A stretch of 64,000 bases of DNA, from the IMG/VR virus record IMGVR_UViG_3300037541_000632, positions 37,265 to 101,264 of that record; one strand, given 5' to 3'. Positions 17,180 through 26,483 of the stretch are shown piece after piece. Each line of letters opens with the position of its first letter. The stretch's first letter is position 1. The position numbers were made by a program, and so were the translations under genes. The DNA is from a virus. The notes under the pieces were generated by a model, which was not told the DNA's origin, did not search any database, and saw nothing but the letters and a program-made list of their open reading frames with translations.

Positions 17180-17866
17180 TTACGGTATAGCTGCGGGCAT
17201 AGGTTTAGTTGCTTTTCTATGAAGTTCTAAAGCTTTTTGTAGGGCTGTATTTATGTCTTTAGAAGAAACTCGAGCAGCATTATTTCCTGTTCCGTGGTAG
17301 TATGACCGTTCGCCTTTAGCTGGAAGAGCTGCCCACTCTTTAGCGAGGTTAATTCTCATTTGATCGGCATTAATTTTACCTGCTAAATAATCTTTAAAAC
17401 CTCTTCTATCCATTAAACTTCTAGCGTAGGTATCCTGTGTGCCCTGATTAAACAAAGTTTTATTTAAATCATGTTTATGCTGCGCTGCCAGATTTCTTAA
17501 ATTCTTATTGAGAATCTGATACCCACCTGCGGCAGTTCCACCATAAGTTTTCAATCTTTCTTTTTGTATATCAAGAACTTGCTGTAGCGTTTTACCAGTC
17601 AAACCAAATGGTTTATTACTGCCCACCATGGTGTCGTAACCGGCCACATTAGCTTCACCTCTTCTTATAACATCCAGTATAGGCTGATAATATGCGAATG
17701 AATTAACAGCCTGGTTATTAACAACAGGCTTAGCTTTAGTTATAGGAATAGCTTTAGGCGCTGGAGTAGTCGCTGTAGCAGGCAGTCCGGTTATCACAGA
17801 GGAATAAGAAGAGCGTGCTCGCTTTATAATAAACGAACTTAAATTTAATTTGTCTAAACTATTCAT
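17180..17866 (-). CDS. lysozyme-fold muramidase/transglycosylase, probably virion-associated
   Basis: LDVIRRGE...TAAGGYQI...QD...LAKEWAALP...SYY, typical of lambda-R-like lysozymes; leader MNSLDKLNLSSFIIKRA. Confidence 0.85.
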   Translation of the reverse strand: MNSLDKLNLSSFIIKRARSSYSSVITGLPATATTPAPKAIPITKAKPVVNNQAVNSFAYYQPILDVIRRGEANVAGYDTMVGSNKPFGLTGKTLQQVLDIQKERLKTYGGTAAGGYQILNKNLRNLAAQHKHDLNKTLFNQGTQDTYARSLMDRRGFKDYLAGKINADQMRINLAKEWAALPAKGERSYYHGTGNNAARVSSKDINTALQKALELHRKATKPMPAAIP

Positions 17867-17867
17867 A

Positions 17868-18593
17868 TTAGTCTGGTAATTTTACAGTAAGTCCGTCAAG
17901 ATCTTCAGGACTCATCCATTGATATTTCTTGGTTCTGCGATTAAAGAATTTCTGATACGGTTTACCGTCAGATCCAATTTTTGAGCCCCACGCCATTCTG
18001 GTATCAATTCCTATCTTTTCACTCTCCGGGCCTTCTAGGGTCGATACGAATCCAAACTGATCTGTCCTGATAGCCTGCATATCTTCAGTAATGGCATTAT
18101 CAGTACCAATACCGCCCGGACCCATCTGGGTAGCTCTACGTGATTGCTCTAATAGATGTAGCGGATTAATTTCTTCCAAAGGCGAAGATAAAGGATTACC
18201 TATCAGGAACTTTTCCATATAGGAATCAAATGCAAAAGGACCCACAGCTTTAAGATTCTTATGCCGGGCAATTAGCGGCATCATTGATCCGCGCACTCTA
18301 TCACTATCTAAACGCACACGTTCAGATAACAGACGATCAGTAGTTAATATTCTTTTGAATAATAAACTATCTCGCTCATCAGGTTTATCCAGCCCACGAT
18401 TAATAGCGAGAAGTTTTTGAGAGGCGGAAAGTAACCCCTTAACTCCTACAGGAACATACTCTTCTTCATCATCCGGAATACCGTTGTCGTTTGAATCGAT
18501 TTTACGATTAGGCAGAATGGAGCGAACCTTAGCAACAGCTGAAGCTTGCTTCTGCACCTTGGAAAGTATCTCATCTATTTGGGATTTATTCAT
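17868..18593 (-). CDS. multisubunit RNA polymerase beta subunit, middle (fork/Rif-region) fragment
   Basis: EEINPLHLLEQSRRATQMGPGGI...FGFVSTLEGPESEKIG aligns by eye to RpoB [23 protein letters not shown]...YGRVCPIETPEGPNIG. Confidence 0.85.
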   Translation of the reverse strand: MNKSQIDEILSKVQKQASAVAKVRSILPNRKIDSNDNGIPDDEEEYVPVGVKGLLSASQKLLAINRGLDKPDERDSLLFKRILTTDRLLSERVRLDSDRVRGSMMPLIARHKNLKAVGPFAFDSYMEKFLIGNPLSSPLEEINPLHLLEQSRRATQMGPGGIGTDNAITEDMQAIRTDQFGFVSTLEGPESEKIGIDTRMAWGSKIGSDGKPYQKFFNRRTKKYQWMSPEDLDGLTVKLPD

Positions 18594-19792
18594 TAGCTCT
18601 CATAGCCTCCCGTATATTTCTTAGTGAGATGTGCAGCGCCTGGAGATAACGCAAGTGCCGCGTAAGTTGGCAAACCAACAAAAGGAGAAAGTCTTTGAAG
18701 CTTGGTTAGTTTACCTTTAGCTAATCTATTGAGTAAATTGGAACCACGCACAGAAGCATCTAATTCAGATGCTAATAAAGGCGAGGCTAATAAAGGCGAA
18801 GCTAATGCGGTGTTTCTACCTACTTCTTCGTTTTTAGTATGAATAATATTACCTGTAGCTAATGCTGGAGCCAGCATTGATAACTGGCGAGTTAAAGGTT
18901 TAGTATATATTTTTGGTCCCATCGCGTGGCCCATTTCGTGCGCTAAGATACCAGGACGAAGTGCCCCTTTGACGCCTCGCATATTATCTGAATAATAAAA
19001 CGAATCAGGATCTATAATAAAACCTTTGGCTTTGTCTTTACCCACGTCAGCGCCTGACAATTTTTTAATTAATCTAGAAATTAAAGAGTCGTTGTTATCA
19101 GTGTAAGCAGGTCCAGAAAATAAAGATCTGGTAAGTGTTTCTCCGACTGGGCCTAAATCCGGTTTTTTTATTCTATACGTGCCGTCAAAATTAGGATCAA
19201 CTATTTTTATTTTTTTACTTCTTAAAAATCTGTTGAAAAGACCATCTACCTCAGGACTAAGTGGCGGTGCAATATCTTTAAAAATCTTGGGAACCGCATG
19301 ATTAAAATAAAGAGATCCAAAAAAAGGTGGTATCATCGCGCTTATGCTGGCCGCTATATTAGCTCTAGACGCGTCTGATGAATCTTTAGGAGCGGTGCTG
19401 GCACTTTTATCTTGTAAAGATCTTCGTGTCATTTCTCCACTAACAATAGCTTGAGTTACTGGAATAGAAAGTCCCGCAGCAAGAAAAGCCTTGGCTTTAG
19501 GACCTAATATAGACACACCCGTTCTACCTATAAGCTGAGCCAGGTTACTTCTGAATTTTGCGCCAGGAAGCATGCCTGGTAATTTATGCCCTTGGGAAGC
19601 GATAGCCCCTGCAATTCCAAAAGGAATTAATTTAGAATAGCCATGCGAGTCTCCCCTCAACGCAGCATCATAGGCGTTAGTAAGAGAATTTTGACCAAAT
19701 GCTTTCCTTTTAAGAGACCACAATTCATTATTATAAAAAGGAGAAGACAATAATAAATAATCAGATAAATTAAAATCTTTACTTTCTTGCAT
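18593..19792 (-). CDS. membrane-associated zinc metallopeptidase-like protein
   Basis: GILAHEMGHA, a downstream ELDAS candidate third ligand, and hydrophobic segments. Confidence 0.65.
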   Translation of the reverse strand: MQESKDFNLSDYLLLSSPFYNNELWSLKRKAFGQNSLTNAYDAALRGDSHGYSKLIPFGIAGAIASQGHKLPGMLPGAKFRSNLAQLIGRTGVSILGPKAKAFLAAGLSIPVTQAIVSGEMTRRSLQDKSASTAPKDSSDASRANIAASISAMIPPFFGSLYFNHAVPKIFKDIAPPLSPEVDGLFNRFLRSKKIKIVDPNFDGTYRIKKPDLGPVGETLTRSLFSGPAYTDNNDSLISRLIKKLSGADVGKDKAKGFIIDPDSFYYSDNMRGVKGALRPGILAHEMGHAMGPKIYTKPLTRQLSMLAPALATGNIIHTKNEEVGRNTALASPLLASPLLASELDASVRGSNLLNRLAKGKLTKLQRLSPFVGLPTYAALALSPGAAHLTKKYTGGYES

Positions 19793-19797
19793 ATATG

Positions 19798-20523
19798 TTA
19801 TTCATTTGATTTATGATACTTATTCCAAGCGTCTTCTTTATAATTTTCCATAGCTTCAGCTAATTGTCCACGCACTTCTTCGTCTTCAATCATTTTCAGA
19901 GGATCGATAGCCCAGTTACGTAAAGCGAAAGCACGACGCGGAGTTGGATTCTTTTTAAACTGAGAACCATGTCTAGCTTTAAAAGACTTCCACCGTTTAA
20001 TCTGTCTATCGTCATCTTCAGATCTACGGCCAGCTTTGTACTGCTCGTACCATTGCAACCAGCCCATAGGATCGACATCACTTTTGATCCATTCAGAAGG
20101 CCACTTATCCATGGATGCTAACCGGGGACCGTAGTGACCGTAGATAGCATTGTAAGCATCCTGAATTTCTTCAGGTTTATAGTCAGGAATAAAATCAGAT
20201 TCTGCCGCTTCTTTTTTATACTTATTCACTGACTTTTCTTTTTTTAATTTATGCTCGTAAGGGTTATCCAAATTATCTATGTCTTCAGCATCTAATTCCA
20301 ATTCATAAATAGTAGGCTCTCCTTTTGGTTCTTTTTTCCATTTTGGTTCAGTCCCAAGATAATGCACTTCTTCTAAATCGGAGTCATCCCAGGTTTTACC
20401 AGTATCTTCATGGTACAAACCCATCAATCTAGCAATAGCCATGTCAGGAGTAATATATGATCCCTCTCTTAACACTTCTATATCTTTATATGGCGAACCA
20501 TGGTAATACTTTTTTTTATTCAT
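19798..20523 (-). CDS. two-domain protein: N-terminal ADP-ribosyltransferase-like domain plus C-terminal DPxGWxQWY domain
   Basis: YYHGS...SYITPD..IA...IYELE pattern; KEAA linker; DPMGWLQWY...GRRSEDDDRQIKRW. Confidence 0.5.
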   Translation of the reverse strand: MNKKKYYHGSPYKDIEVLREGSYITPDMAIARLMGLYHEDTGKTWDDSDLEEVHYLGTEPKWKKEPKGEPTIYELELDAEDIDNLDNPYEHKLKKEKSVNKYKKEAAESDFIPDYKPEEIQDAYNAIYGHYGPRLASMDKWPSEWIKSDVDPMGWLQWYEQYKAGRRSEDDDRQIKRWKSFKARHGSQFKKNPTPRRAFALRNWAIDPLKMIEDEEVRGQLAEAMENYKEDAWNKYHKSNE

Positions 20524-21715
20524 AGTCTAAATCCTCCTGGTATACGCGCTTTACATTTTTAGGAATTACTTCCCGAGGAACATGGATTCTAAATCCTGTA
20601 GGCATGTGTGTAATACCAGACATACGCCCATCCTGATCAACAATAAATTCATCAGGATACCTAGCCAAGGCTGCAGCCATAATAGCTGTCTTCTTTTTGT
20701 ACTCTTCTTTAGCTTGCGCGCTATGCGTTCTAGCCTGCATTAACGCATGCATATCTGCAGCAGATTTAATACCTTCGTCTTCGTCAAAATAATTATCGTA
20801 AACATGCGCAGGTTCAAAATCAGGATTAAAAGGCATTTCATCAATAACTTTTTCAGCTGCTTGTTTACCCTGCCATTGCGCTTCCCACTGCGAGGCTATC
20901 TTTGGATCAAACATGTTAGGCAGATTCTTCTGCGCTACCCGAGCATGAATCTGTGCCGCTTCTAAGGCGTTACGAACAGACGTCATTTTATCTTCTCTTG
21001 ATTTATCCAATTTCTTTTGACGTGCCGGAACAAGACGGTCATATGCTTTATCAAATACACGCGCGTCGTACTTCATTTGATTCGCACGAAAGATTTCAGG
21101 ACCCCAGGACTTTTCCAGTTCCTTATCACTTGTGCCTAAATCTTTTAGAAGACTGTACAGGTGCAAATTAGCTTGAGAAATCTTCACTCTATACTGTGTA
21201 GTCTCAGGTTCAAAACCAACACGGAAACCAATACCCGTACCAGGTTTAACATTGAACTGAGTTTCTAATTCTCCGTTAGCCTGTCTACGAGTGTAGACCC
21301 CGGGAAGAAGGCGTGATTGCATAATAGATGCGTACTCATTACCTCCATGAATAAATGTACCCCTGTTAGTAAGGTAAGGTACCTTCATTAATGATATGCG
21401 TTTCTCTTCTAACAACTGATCATTAGTGTTATCAAATAATTTTATTGTACCTCTTAATTTTTTAGTTATGTATTTATTTTCAAGCAGGTTTTTCTTCTGT
21501 TCTGATACAGGCACATCTTCTCTATCGTCGTAGTCTACATCTTGTAATTCCATTCTTACATTTCCATAATTAACAGGAAATGATTTGATCATGGAATTTT
21601 TTACACCATCAAAAATTTGATTGCGTAATGTAGTGAAGTCATCAAAGTCGCGAAGTATAACGCCTTTTGGTAATTCTTCTTCTGGCTCAATATTTTGCTG
21701 CATATGGTGAAACAT
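20516..21715 (-). CDS. multisubunit RNA polymerase beta subunit, N-terminal fragment with extra C-terminal domain
   Basis: LMKVPYLTNRGTFIHGGNEYASIMQSRLLPGVY matches RpoB [33 protein letters not shown]. Confidence 0.85.
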   Translation of the reverse strand: MFHHMQQNIEPEEELPKGVILRDFDDFTTLRNQIFDGVKNSMIKSFPVNYGNVRMELQDVDYDDREDVPVSEQKKNLLENKYITKKLRGTIKLFDNTNDQLLEEKRISLMKVPYLTNRGTFIHGGNEYASIMQSRLLPGVYTRRQANGELETQFNVKPGTGIGFRVGFEPETTQYRVKISQANLHLYSLLKDLGTSDKELEKSWGPEIFRANQMKYDARVFDKAYDRLVPARQKKLDKSREDKMTSVRNALEAAQIHARVAQKNLPNMFDPKIASQWEAQWQGKQAAEKVIDEMPFNPDFEPAHVYDNYFDEDEGIKSAADMHALMQARTHSAQAKEEYKKKTAIMAAALARYPDEFIVDQDGRMSGITHMPTGFRIHVPREVIPKNVKRVYQEDLDYE

Positions 21716-21747
21716 AATTTACTTGATAACTAAAAAAAAGCAAAACT

Positions 21748-21764
21748 TGATAGGTAAAAAAGAG
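21748..21764. repeat. 17-bp direct repeat (copy 1), terminator tail
   Basis: TGATAGGTAAAAAAGAG, repeated at 22113..22129. Confidence 0.8.
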
Positions 21765-21813
21765 ACCCTAAGATCTCTCTCCGGCGTTATGGTGCCGGTA
21801 CCCTTTGGTTATT

Positions 21814-22014
21814 TTATTTTTTCTTGCGACTACTAGTAAGTGCGTACGCAACACCGATGCTATAGAACAGCACCGCTCCGCCCAGTACACATATGAGCTG
21901 ACGCTGCCAAAAGGCAACTGCCTGCTCATGGGTGATGCCGACCGCCAAGGCGTTATGGTACGCCATTACGTACACTAAGACAATCAACGACAAGAATAAT
22001 ATTACGTATTTCAT
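21814..22014 (-). CDS. small two-helix membrane protein (putative early)
   Basis: 66 aa, two hydrophobic segments, basic tail; own promoter. Confidence 0.7.
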   Translation of the reverse strand: MKYVILFLSLIVLVYVMAYHNALAVGITHEQAVAFWQRQLICVLGGAVLFYSIGVAYALTSSRKKK

Positions 22015-22066
22015 ATGTTATGTGTGTTAATTAGAGAACCCCAAATAATAGATTATTAACTAGGGG

Positions 22067-22105
22067 TTACAATTATATATAGCACAATACGAATGGCTAT
22101 TGCAT
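22067..22105 (-). promoter_or_regulatory. conserved promoter motif (copy 3)
   Basis: minus strand ATGCAATA...TTGTGCTATATATAATTGT followed by an AACCCC/GGGGTT hairpin. Confidence 0.65.
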
Positions 22106-22112
22106 ACGAGGC

Positions 22113-22129
22113 TGATAGGTAAAAAAGAG
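22113..22129. repeat. 17-bp direct repeat (copy 2), terminator tail
   Basis: TGATAGGTAAAAAAGAG. Confidence 0.8.
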
Positions 22130-22162
22130 GCGCGGTAGTTATCCGCGATCTCTTTAATAATA

Positions 22163-23080
22163 CTAAACTCCCATGAGTTCAGCATCGAATCGACCTGTAG
22201 CTAACGGCAGCATCCGTTCGTACAAGTCAGGATCCAGCGTGCTGAATCCCAAGTCTCCTTTGACGAAGACATTACGATAAACCTCTTGTGGTCTATCGCT
22301 GCTGATGTCCTCAACAGGTTCTTCCGTAGATGCTTTATACATGAGCCCCACCTCAGTTACACCGAGGTAGCTGAGCATGTCACGAAGGGCATTCGTCCAA
22401 TTTTGAGGATAGTCTTTTAGGACTACCTCCTCCTCGTTTGAGGAGATCATCGGAATAGGCAGGGCATACCCTAGGGTTGCCTCACCCTTACGCCCCAAAT
22501 CAAGCATGACTCGTTGCCAAGGCCGTGGAAGCTCCTTGGTTGTCTTGTCTGCTCGACAGACCAACTCAATAGGACACCCCTCATGGAGTGTCGCTTGAGA
22601 GAAACTGTCATGAAAAGCTCGAGCTGTAAAGGAGCGGCTTTCATAATTACCCGAATTGGCTGTAATCATAGGCGCATGGCCTAGGGTTACACGATGAACT
22701 CCACCAGGAAAGCGGAGTCCAGATGCTTGCCCCTTTACAGGGCTGCTGTTCTCCCAGTCCTGAATTTCAGGATGAGAACCCAGCTTACCGTCACCACCTC
22801 TTATCATATACCTGCCGTCCAAAACGTACGCAGATACAATGCTCAGTGTTACGTCTTCCGTTATAGCCTTCCACCTAGCGCCTGCGCGCTGCCAGAATGG
22901 AAGGAACTGTCCCGGTTGGAGGTACGCTTTACCATTCTGGGTCGGAAAACTCAACCCAAAGTTAGCCCAGCACTCTTGCTGAGCTTTGTCATCTGCCATC
23001 ATAGGACTGTGCTCAAGCACGGTCTCTATTATCGTTTGCGCTATGTTTGGCGCTTGTGCTGTTGTTGTTTTTGTCATCAT
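22163..23080 (-). CDS. hypothetical protein (putative early)
   Basis: ATG at 23080 after an A-rich leader; visibly GC-richer than its neighbours. Confidence 0.75.
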   Translation of the reverse strand: MMTKTTTAQAPNIAQTIIETVLEHSPMMADDKAQQECWANFGLSFPTQNGKAYLQPGQFLPFWQRAGARWKAITEDVTLSIVSAYVLDGRYMIRGGDGKLGSHPEIQDWENSSPVKGQASGLRFPGGVHRVTLGHAPMITANSGNYESRSFTARAFHDSFSQATLHEGCPIELVCRADKTTKELPRPWQRVMLDLGRKGEATLGYALPIPMISSNEEEVVLKDYPQNWTNALRDMLSYLGVTEVGLMYKASTEEPVEDISSDRPQEVYRNVFVKGDLGFSTLDPDLYERMLPLATGRFDAELMGV

Positions 23081-23244
23081 GGCTATTTTCTTTTTTGTTA
23101 ACTGCAAACCATATTGAGCCTACAGTTAAAATTGGTATTACTGGCCAAGCTAAACTAATTAAGCTGACCATAGAAATTACAACGGGTGCAGCTACTGCAA
23201 GAGTAACTGCACCCGTGGCGGTGTTGATAATATGTGAACGGTCC

Positions 23245-23281
23245 ACAATTATTTATAACACAACAAGAAGTTGTATTGCAA
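23245..23281 (-). promoter_or_regulatory. conserved promoter motif (copy 4)
   Basis: minus strand TTGCAATAC...TGTTGTGTTATAAATAATTGT. Confidence 0.7.
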
Positions 23282-23282
23282 A

Positions 23283-23873
23283 TTAATTACGGGCAGTAGA
23301 AACAACGGAAATCTGATTACCGGATACATTCAAAACTTCAAATCCTCCAGGCAAAGTGTCACCTGTGGATACAGATGTCACAGCATCAAGAGAATTAATA
23401 AGCTTCAAGATTTTAGCTTTGTTAACACCAGCAGGACATTGCGTAACTTCTACACCGCCTGTCTTGCTGTTAACTTTCAAAACAATGTCTTCTTTTCCTT
23501 GCAGATTGTCAGGGAGCACTGCTTTGCTAGCATAATAAGTTTTAGGAATAACATCAATATCGATGACCTTATCCTCACTATCTTGAATAATTACAAAATC
23601 ATTATGAAGTCTAGAATCAAGGCCGTCGCGAACTTTGCCGGGGGTTTGTCTGCCTTCGCATCTTTTCCAGACATCAAATGTGCAAACTTGTTTTACCTCG
23701 CGGTAATTATTTGAAACAAATTTGCATAAATATTTATGATTATCTCCGCCTTCAGGGTCTGCCTCAACAAGAGGAGGCTTCATGCTAAATGCTTCTGTTT
23801 TCTTGATACGCTCACGCTTTGGTTTAATCAAAGCACCTGGTGCTGCTATACTGGATACTGTGGTGTTACTCAT
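23283..23873 (-). CDS. hypothetical protein
   Basis: 196 aa; last gene of the replication operon. Confidence 0.7.
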   Translation of the reverse strand: MSNTTVSSIAAPGALIKPKRERIKKTEAFSMKPPLVEADPEGGDNHKYLCKFVSNNYREVKQVCTFDVWKRCEGRQTPGKVRDGLDSRLHNDFVIIQDSEDKVIDIDVIPKTYYASKAVLPDNLQGKEDIVLKVNSKTGGVEVTQCPAGVNKAKILKLINSLDAVTSVSTGDTLPGGFEVLNVSGNQISVVSTARN

Positions 23874-24280
23874 ATAAGTCCTTTTTGTTTTCGTTGAAGA
23901 TAAATAATTTTTTCTATCAAGTCAGCTTTCAATAAGCCAGGAGTGCAGTTAGGGCAAGTTTGAATATGATAAGAATGTTTTTTTTCAAATACAAAACCAT
24001 CCTTATCTTTATGAGGATCTAACCAACCCATAACCATCTTACACTTACAGCATACAACTTTTGAGCACTCAACATATGTACCAGCACAAAGCTTACAAAG
24101 CGGCTCCATCACGTTATTGACAACGCCGGAATTGTAAATTTTAAAATCGGTAAAATGTTTCTGTCTGCCGCAGGCCACACAAGGAGAATGTGTAGTAGAA
24201 GTTATGACTTCAGTAGGAGGCGGTAGGCTACTCAATAGCCTAAATGCTTGTTGTGCTGCTGCAGGTAATTCCTGATTCAT
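23870..24280 (-). CDS. multi-CxxC zinc-finger protein
   Basis: CVAC, CKLC, CCKC and CPNC motifs. Confidence 0.75.
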   Translation of the reverse strand: MNQELPAAAQQAFRLLSSLPPPTEVITSTTHSPCVACGRQKHFTDFKIYNSGVVNNVMEPLCKLCAGTYVECSKVVCCKCKMVMGWLDPHKDKDGFVFEKKHSYHIQTCPNCTPGLLKADLIEKIIYLQRKQKGLI

Positions 24281-24282
24281 AT

Positions 24283-25953
24283 TTAATTATTAACTTGAAA
24301 GTATTTTTCTAAATAGCCATGCTTATCATTATCGGGAGTTTTAACATATCCCAATACTTGATCTAGCTTCGTATGCGCTCTAGCTGCTTTAATAGCCAGT
24401 CGCTCAAAGTCGATCTGATTAACAGAGCCTATAATTCTCGTAGCGGATCCACGGTAAGGTGGAATGAACCGGATAACAGATTGATCATCCCATTTTTTGA
24501 AGTGGTTGGTGATAGTCTGATAGCCCAAACCGATATGATCAGAGAACCAGTTCAGATCTATATTAAAGAAGCCATCTTCTTCTATACCGTATTCTAAAAT
24601 AGTATTCCACCACACCTCAAATCTGGAATCATCTTCTGGTGTATTCTCATCCAGTCTGATTTTAGCAATCTTCTCGCCGTTCTTTTCTCGTTCTATAATT
24701 CTATTAGATTTTAGAACTTCCAAAATAGCAGGCACTTTACGACTAAATAAATTAGTCTTCTTTGCTATGTCACTGATTGTGAGTTGCGATATTCCATTAC
24801 TATCTGCAGCTAAATTAAGAACACGCATTACAGCATTGATCTCAGACTTAGAAGGATAACTGCACTCTATAAAAAACTTCTGTGTATTATAACTATCAGG
24901 AGAATAGAATGTCATGCAAGTCGAGTCTTTACCATCACGACCAGCACGACCTACTTCCTGAGCAAGTGCTTCTAATGATCCCGGGATATCGCGGTGAACG
25001 ACACCACGAATGTTACCTTTGTCCACGCCCATACCAAACGCATTAGTAGCTACCATGACACGAATTTTATCATTCATGAACATGTCCTGATTAACACGCT
25101 TGTCTGTAGGCGATAGCTCGCCATGGAAAATAATTACATCTTCTCTGAGAGCGGACATTAATTGTTTAGCAGTCTGCTCAACTTTATTAATGGTTGCACA
25201 GTAAACAATAACAGGCCCATCTACACCAGAGATGAAATCAGCAAGCTGAGTCTCACTCAACATGTTGTCACTCTTAAGGTGTAGGTTAGTTCTACGTGGA
25301 TAGTATGAAAGCCGCTGTGCATTCTCTAAATGAAGCACACGACGGATGTCATGTTCGACTTCATCCGGACATGTGGCAGTAAATGCAGATACAACTTTAG
25401 GGTTCTTTTCACGAATGAAATCGCCCACGAGACAATAACTGGATCTAAAATTATCAGACCACTGCGACAAACAATGAGCCTCATCCATGACAACCATGTC
25501 AGGAGGCACGCGAGCCATAGCGTCTTTAAATGCCTCATTGTGTAAACGCTCAGGCGCTACATAAATAAATTGAAGTTCTCCTTCAGCCCAACGCTTGATA
25601 GCTGCTTGGTTTTCAGCTTCAGTTTGCATTGAGGAAATAGCCTGCGCTTTAATTCCTTTAGCCGTTAGACCTTGAACCTGATCGCGCATAAGCGCGACCA
25701 GGGGCGAGAAAACAATGGCTCGCCAACCAAGGCATAACGTCGGAATTACAAAGCAAGCGGTTTTACCCGTAGAGGTCGGAAGAATACACACGGTATCTCT
25801 TTGAGCCATAATATTAACAATCACCGGTTCTTGACCTGCGCGTAACTGAGAAAACCCCATTACGCTCAGAGCATTAGGCAACTGTGTATACCCGCTCTTC
25901 AAGACATCCATGTTAATCTTGGACTCTCTAGTCTGCTTTATAGTCTCTGACAT
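24283..25953 (-). CDS. recQ: RecQ-family ATP-dependent DNA helicase
   Basis: LPTSTGKT, SPLVALMRDQV, YVAPERL, DEAHCLSQW, TAT, ATNAFGMGVDK, QEVGRAGRDG. Confidence 0.93.
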   Translation of the reverse strand: MSETIKQTRESKINMDVLKSGYTQLPNALSVMGFSQLRAGQEPVIVNIMAQRDTVCILPTSTGKTACFVIPTLCLGWRAIVFSPLVALMRDQVQGLTAKGIKAQAISSMQTEAENQAAIKRWAEGELQFIYVAPERLHNEAFKDAMARVPPDMVVMDEAHCLSQWSDNFRSSYCLVGDFIREKNPKVVSAFTATCPDEVEHDIRRVLHLENAQRLSYYPRRTNLHLKSDNMLSETQLADFISGVDGPVIVYCATINKVEQTAKQLMSALREDVIIFHGELSPTDKRVNQDMFMNDKIRVMVATNAFGMGVDKGNIRGVVHRDIPGSLEALAQEVGRAGRDGKDSTCMTFYSPDSYNTQKFFIECSYPSKSEINAVMRVLNLAADSNGISQLTISDIAKKTNLFSRKVPAILEVLKSNRIIEREKNGEKIAKIRLDENTPEDDSRFEVWWNTILEYGIEEDGFFNIDLNWFSDHIGLGYQTITNHFKKWDDQSVIRFIPPYRGSATRIIGSVNQIDFERLAIKAARAHTKLDQVLGYVKTPDNDKHGYLEKYFQVNN

Positions 25954-26483
25954 ATATATTTTAAAGTACTCAAACACTGCTCCGTTTTAGACTCACCTTG
26001 CGGCGTAAGGTCTAACCATCTAGCTATGGTTTTATAATTAAAGTTCTGCCTGCGGTCAAGTGTCAAAATGGTTGGCTTATGGAAAGCCTCGCATATATCC
26101 ACTGTTACCCGGGATAGGCGTTGAACATATTCATCGACACTAGATATGGCAGTACCGTGCTTGAGCAAGTACCATCTATAAATAGGCAGTAAAATGTTAT
26201 TGGGGTGTACGGTAAATATACGTCGCCTCTCCATATTATCAGAATGGATAAGAGAGGCAATGATATTAGCTACACCACCATGTTTAGCAATTTCATAAGA
26301 AGATATATGAATTGTTTCATCACAATTACCAGCGCACGTACTAGCTATAGGACTAGCGGTGTCACAGTTAATGCAATAAATGTCATATGATTCATCCCAG
26401 ATTTGTTCTGGTAAAAAAGGAAAGGAAACTCCACCATCAGTTTCTTTTACGAAAGCGATGATGGAGTAATTTTGATTAAACAT
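25938..26483 (-). CDS. hypothetical protein
   Basis: 181 aa in operon. Confidence 0.65.
   Translation of the reverse strand: MFNQNYSIIAFVKETDGGVSFPFLPEQIWDESYDIYCINCDTASPIASTCAGNCDETIHISSYEIAKHGGVANIIASLIHSDNMERRRIFTVHPNNILLPIYRWYLLKHGTAISSVDEYVQRLSRVTVDICEAFHKPTILTLDRRQNFNYKTIARWLDLTPQGESKTEQCLSTLKYICQRL

Noticed and set aside
18771-18806. 15-bp tandem repeat GCTAATAAAGGCGA(G/A)
   Set aside because: In-frame coding duplication (LASPL repeated) inside the zincin gene
23013-23246. 77-aa hydrophobic ORF
   Set aside because: Its GTG start coincides with the presumed transcription start, its hydrophobic part derives from palindromic stems, and it overlaps the real gene; not fully excluded
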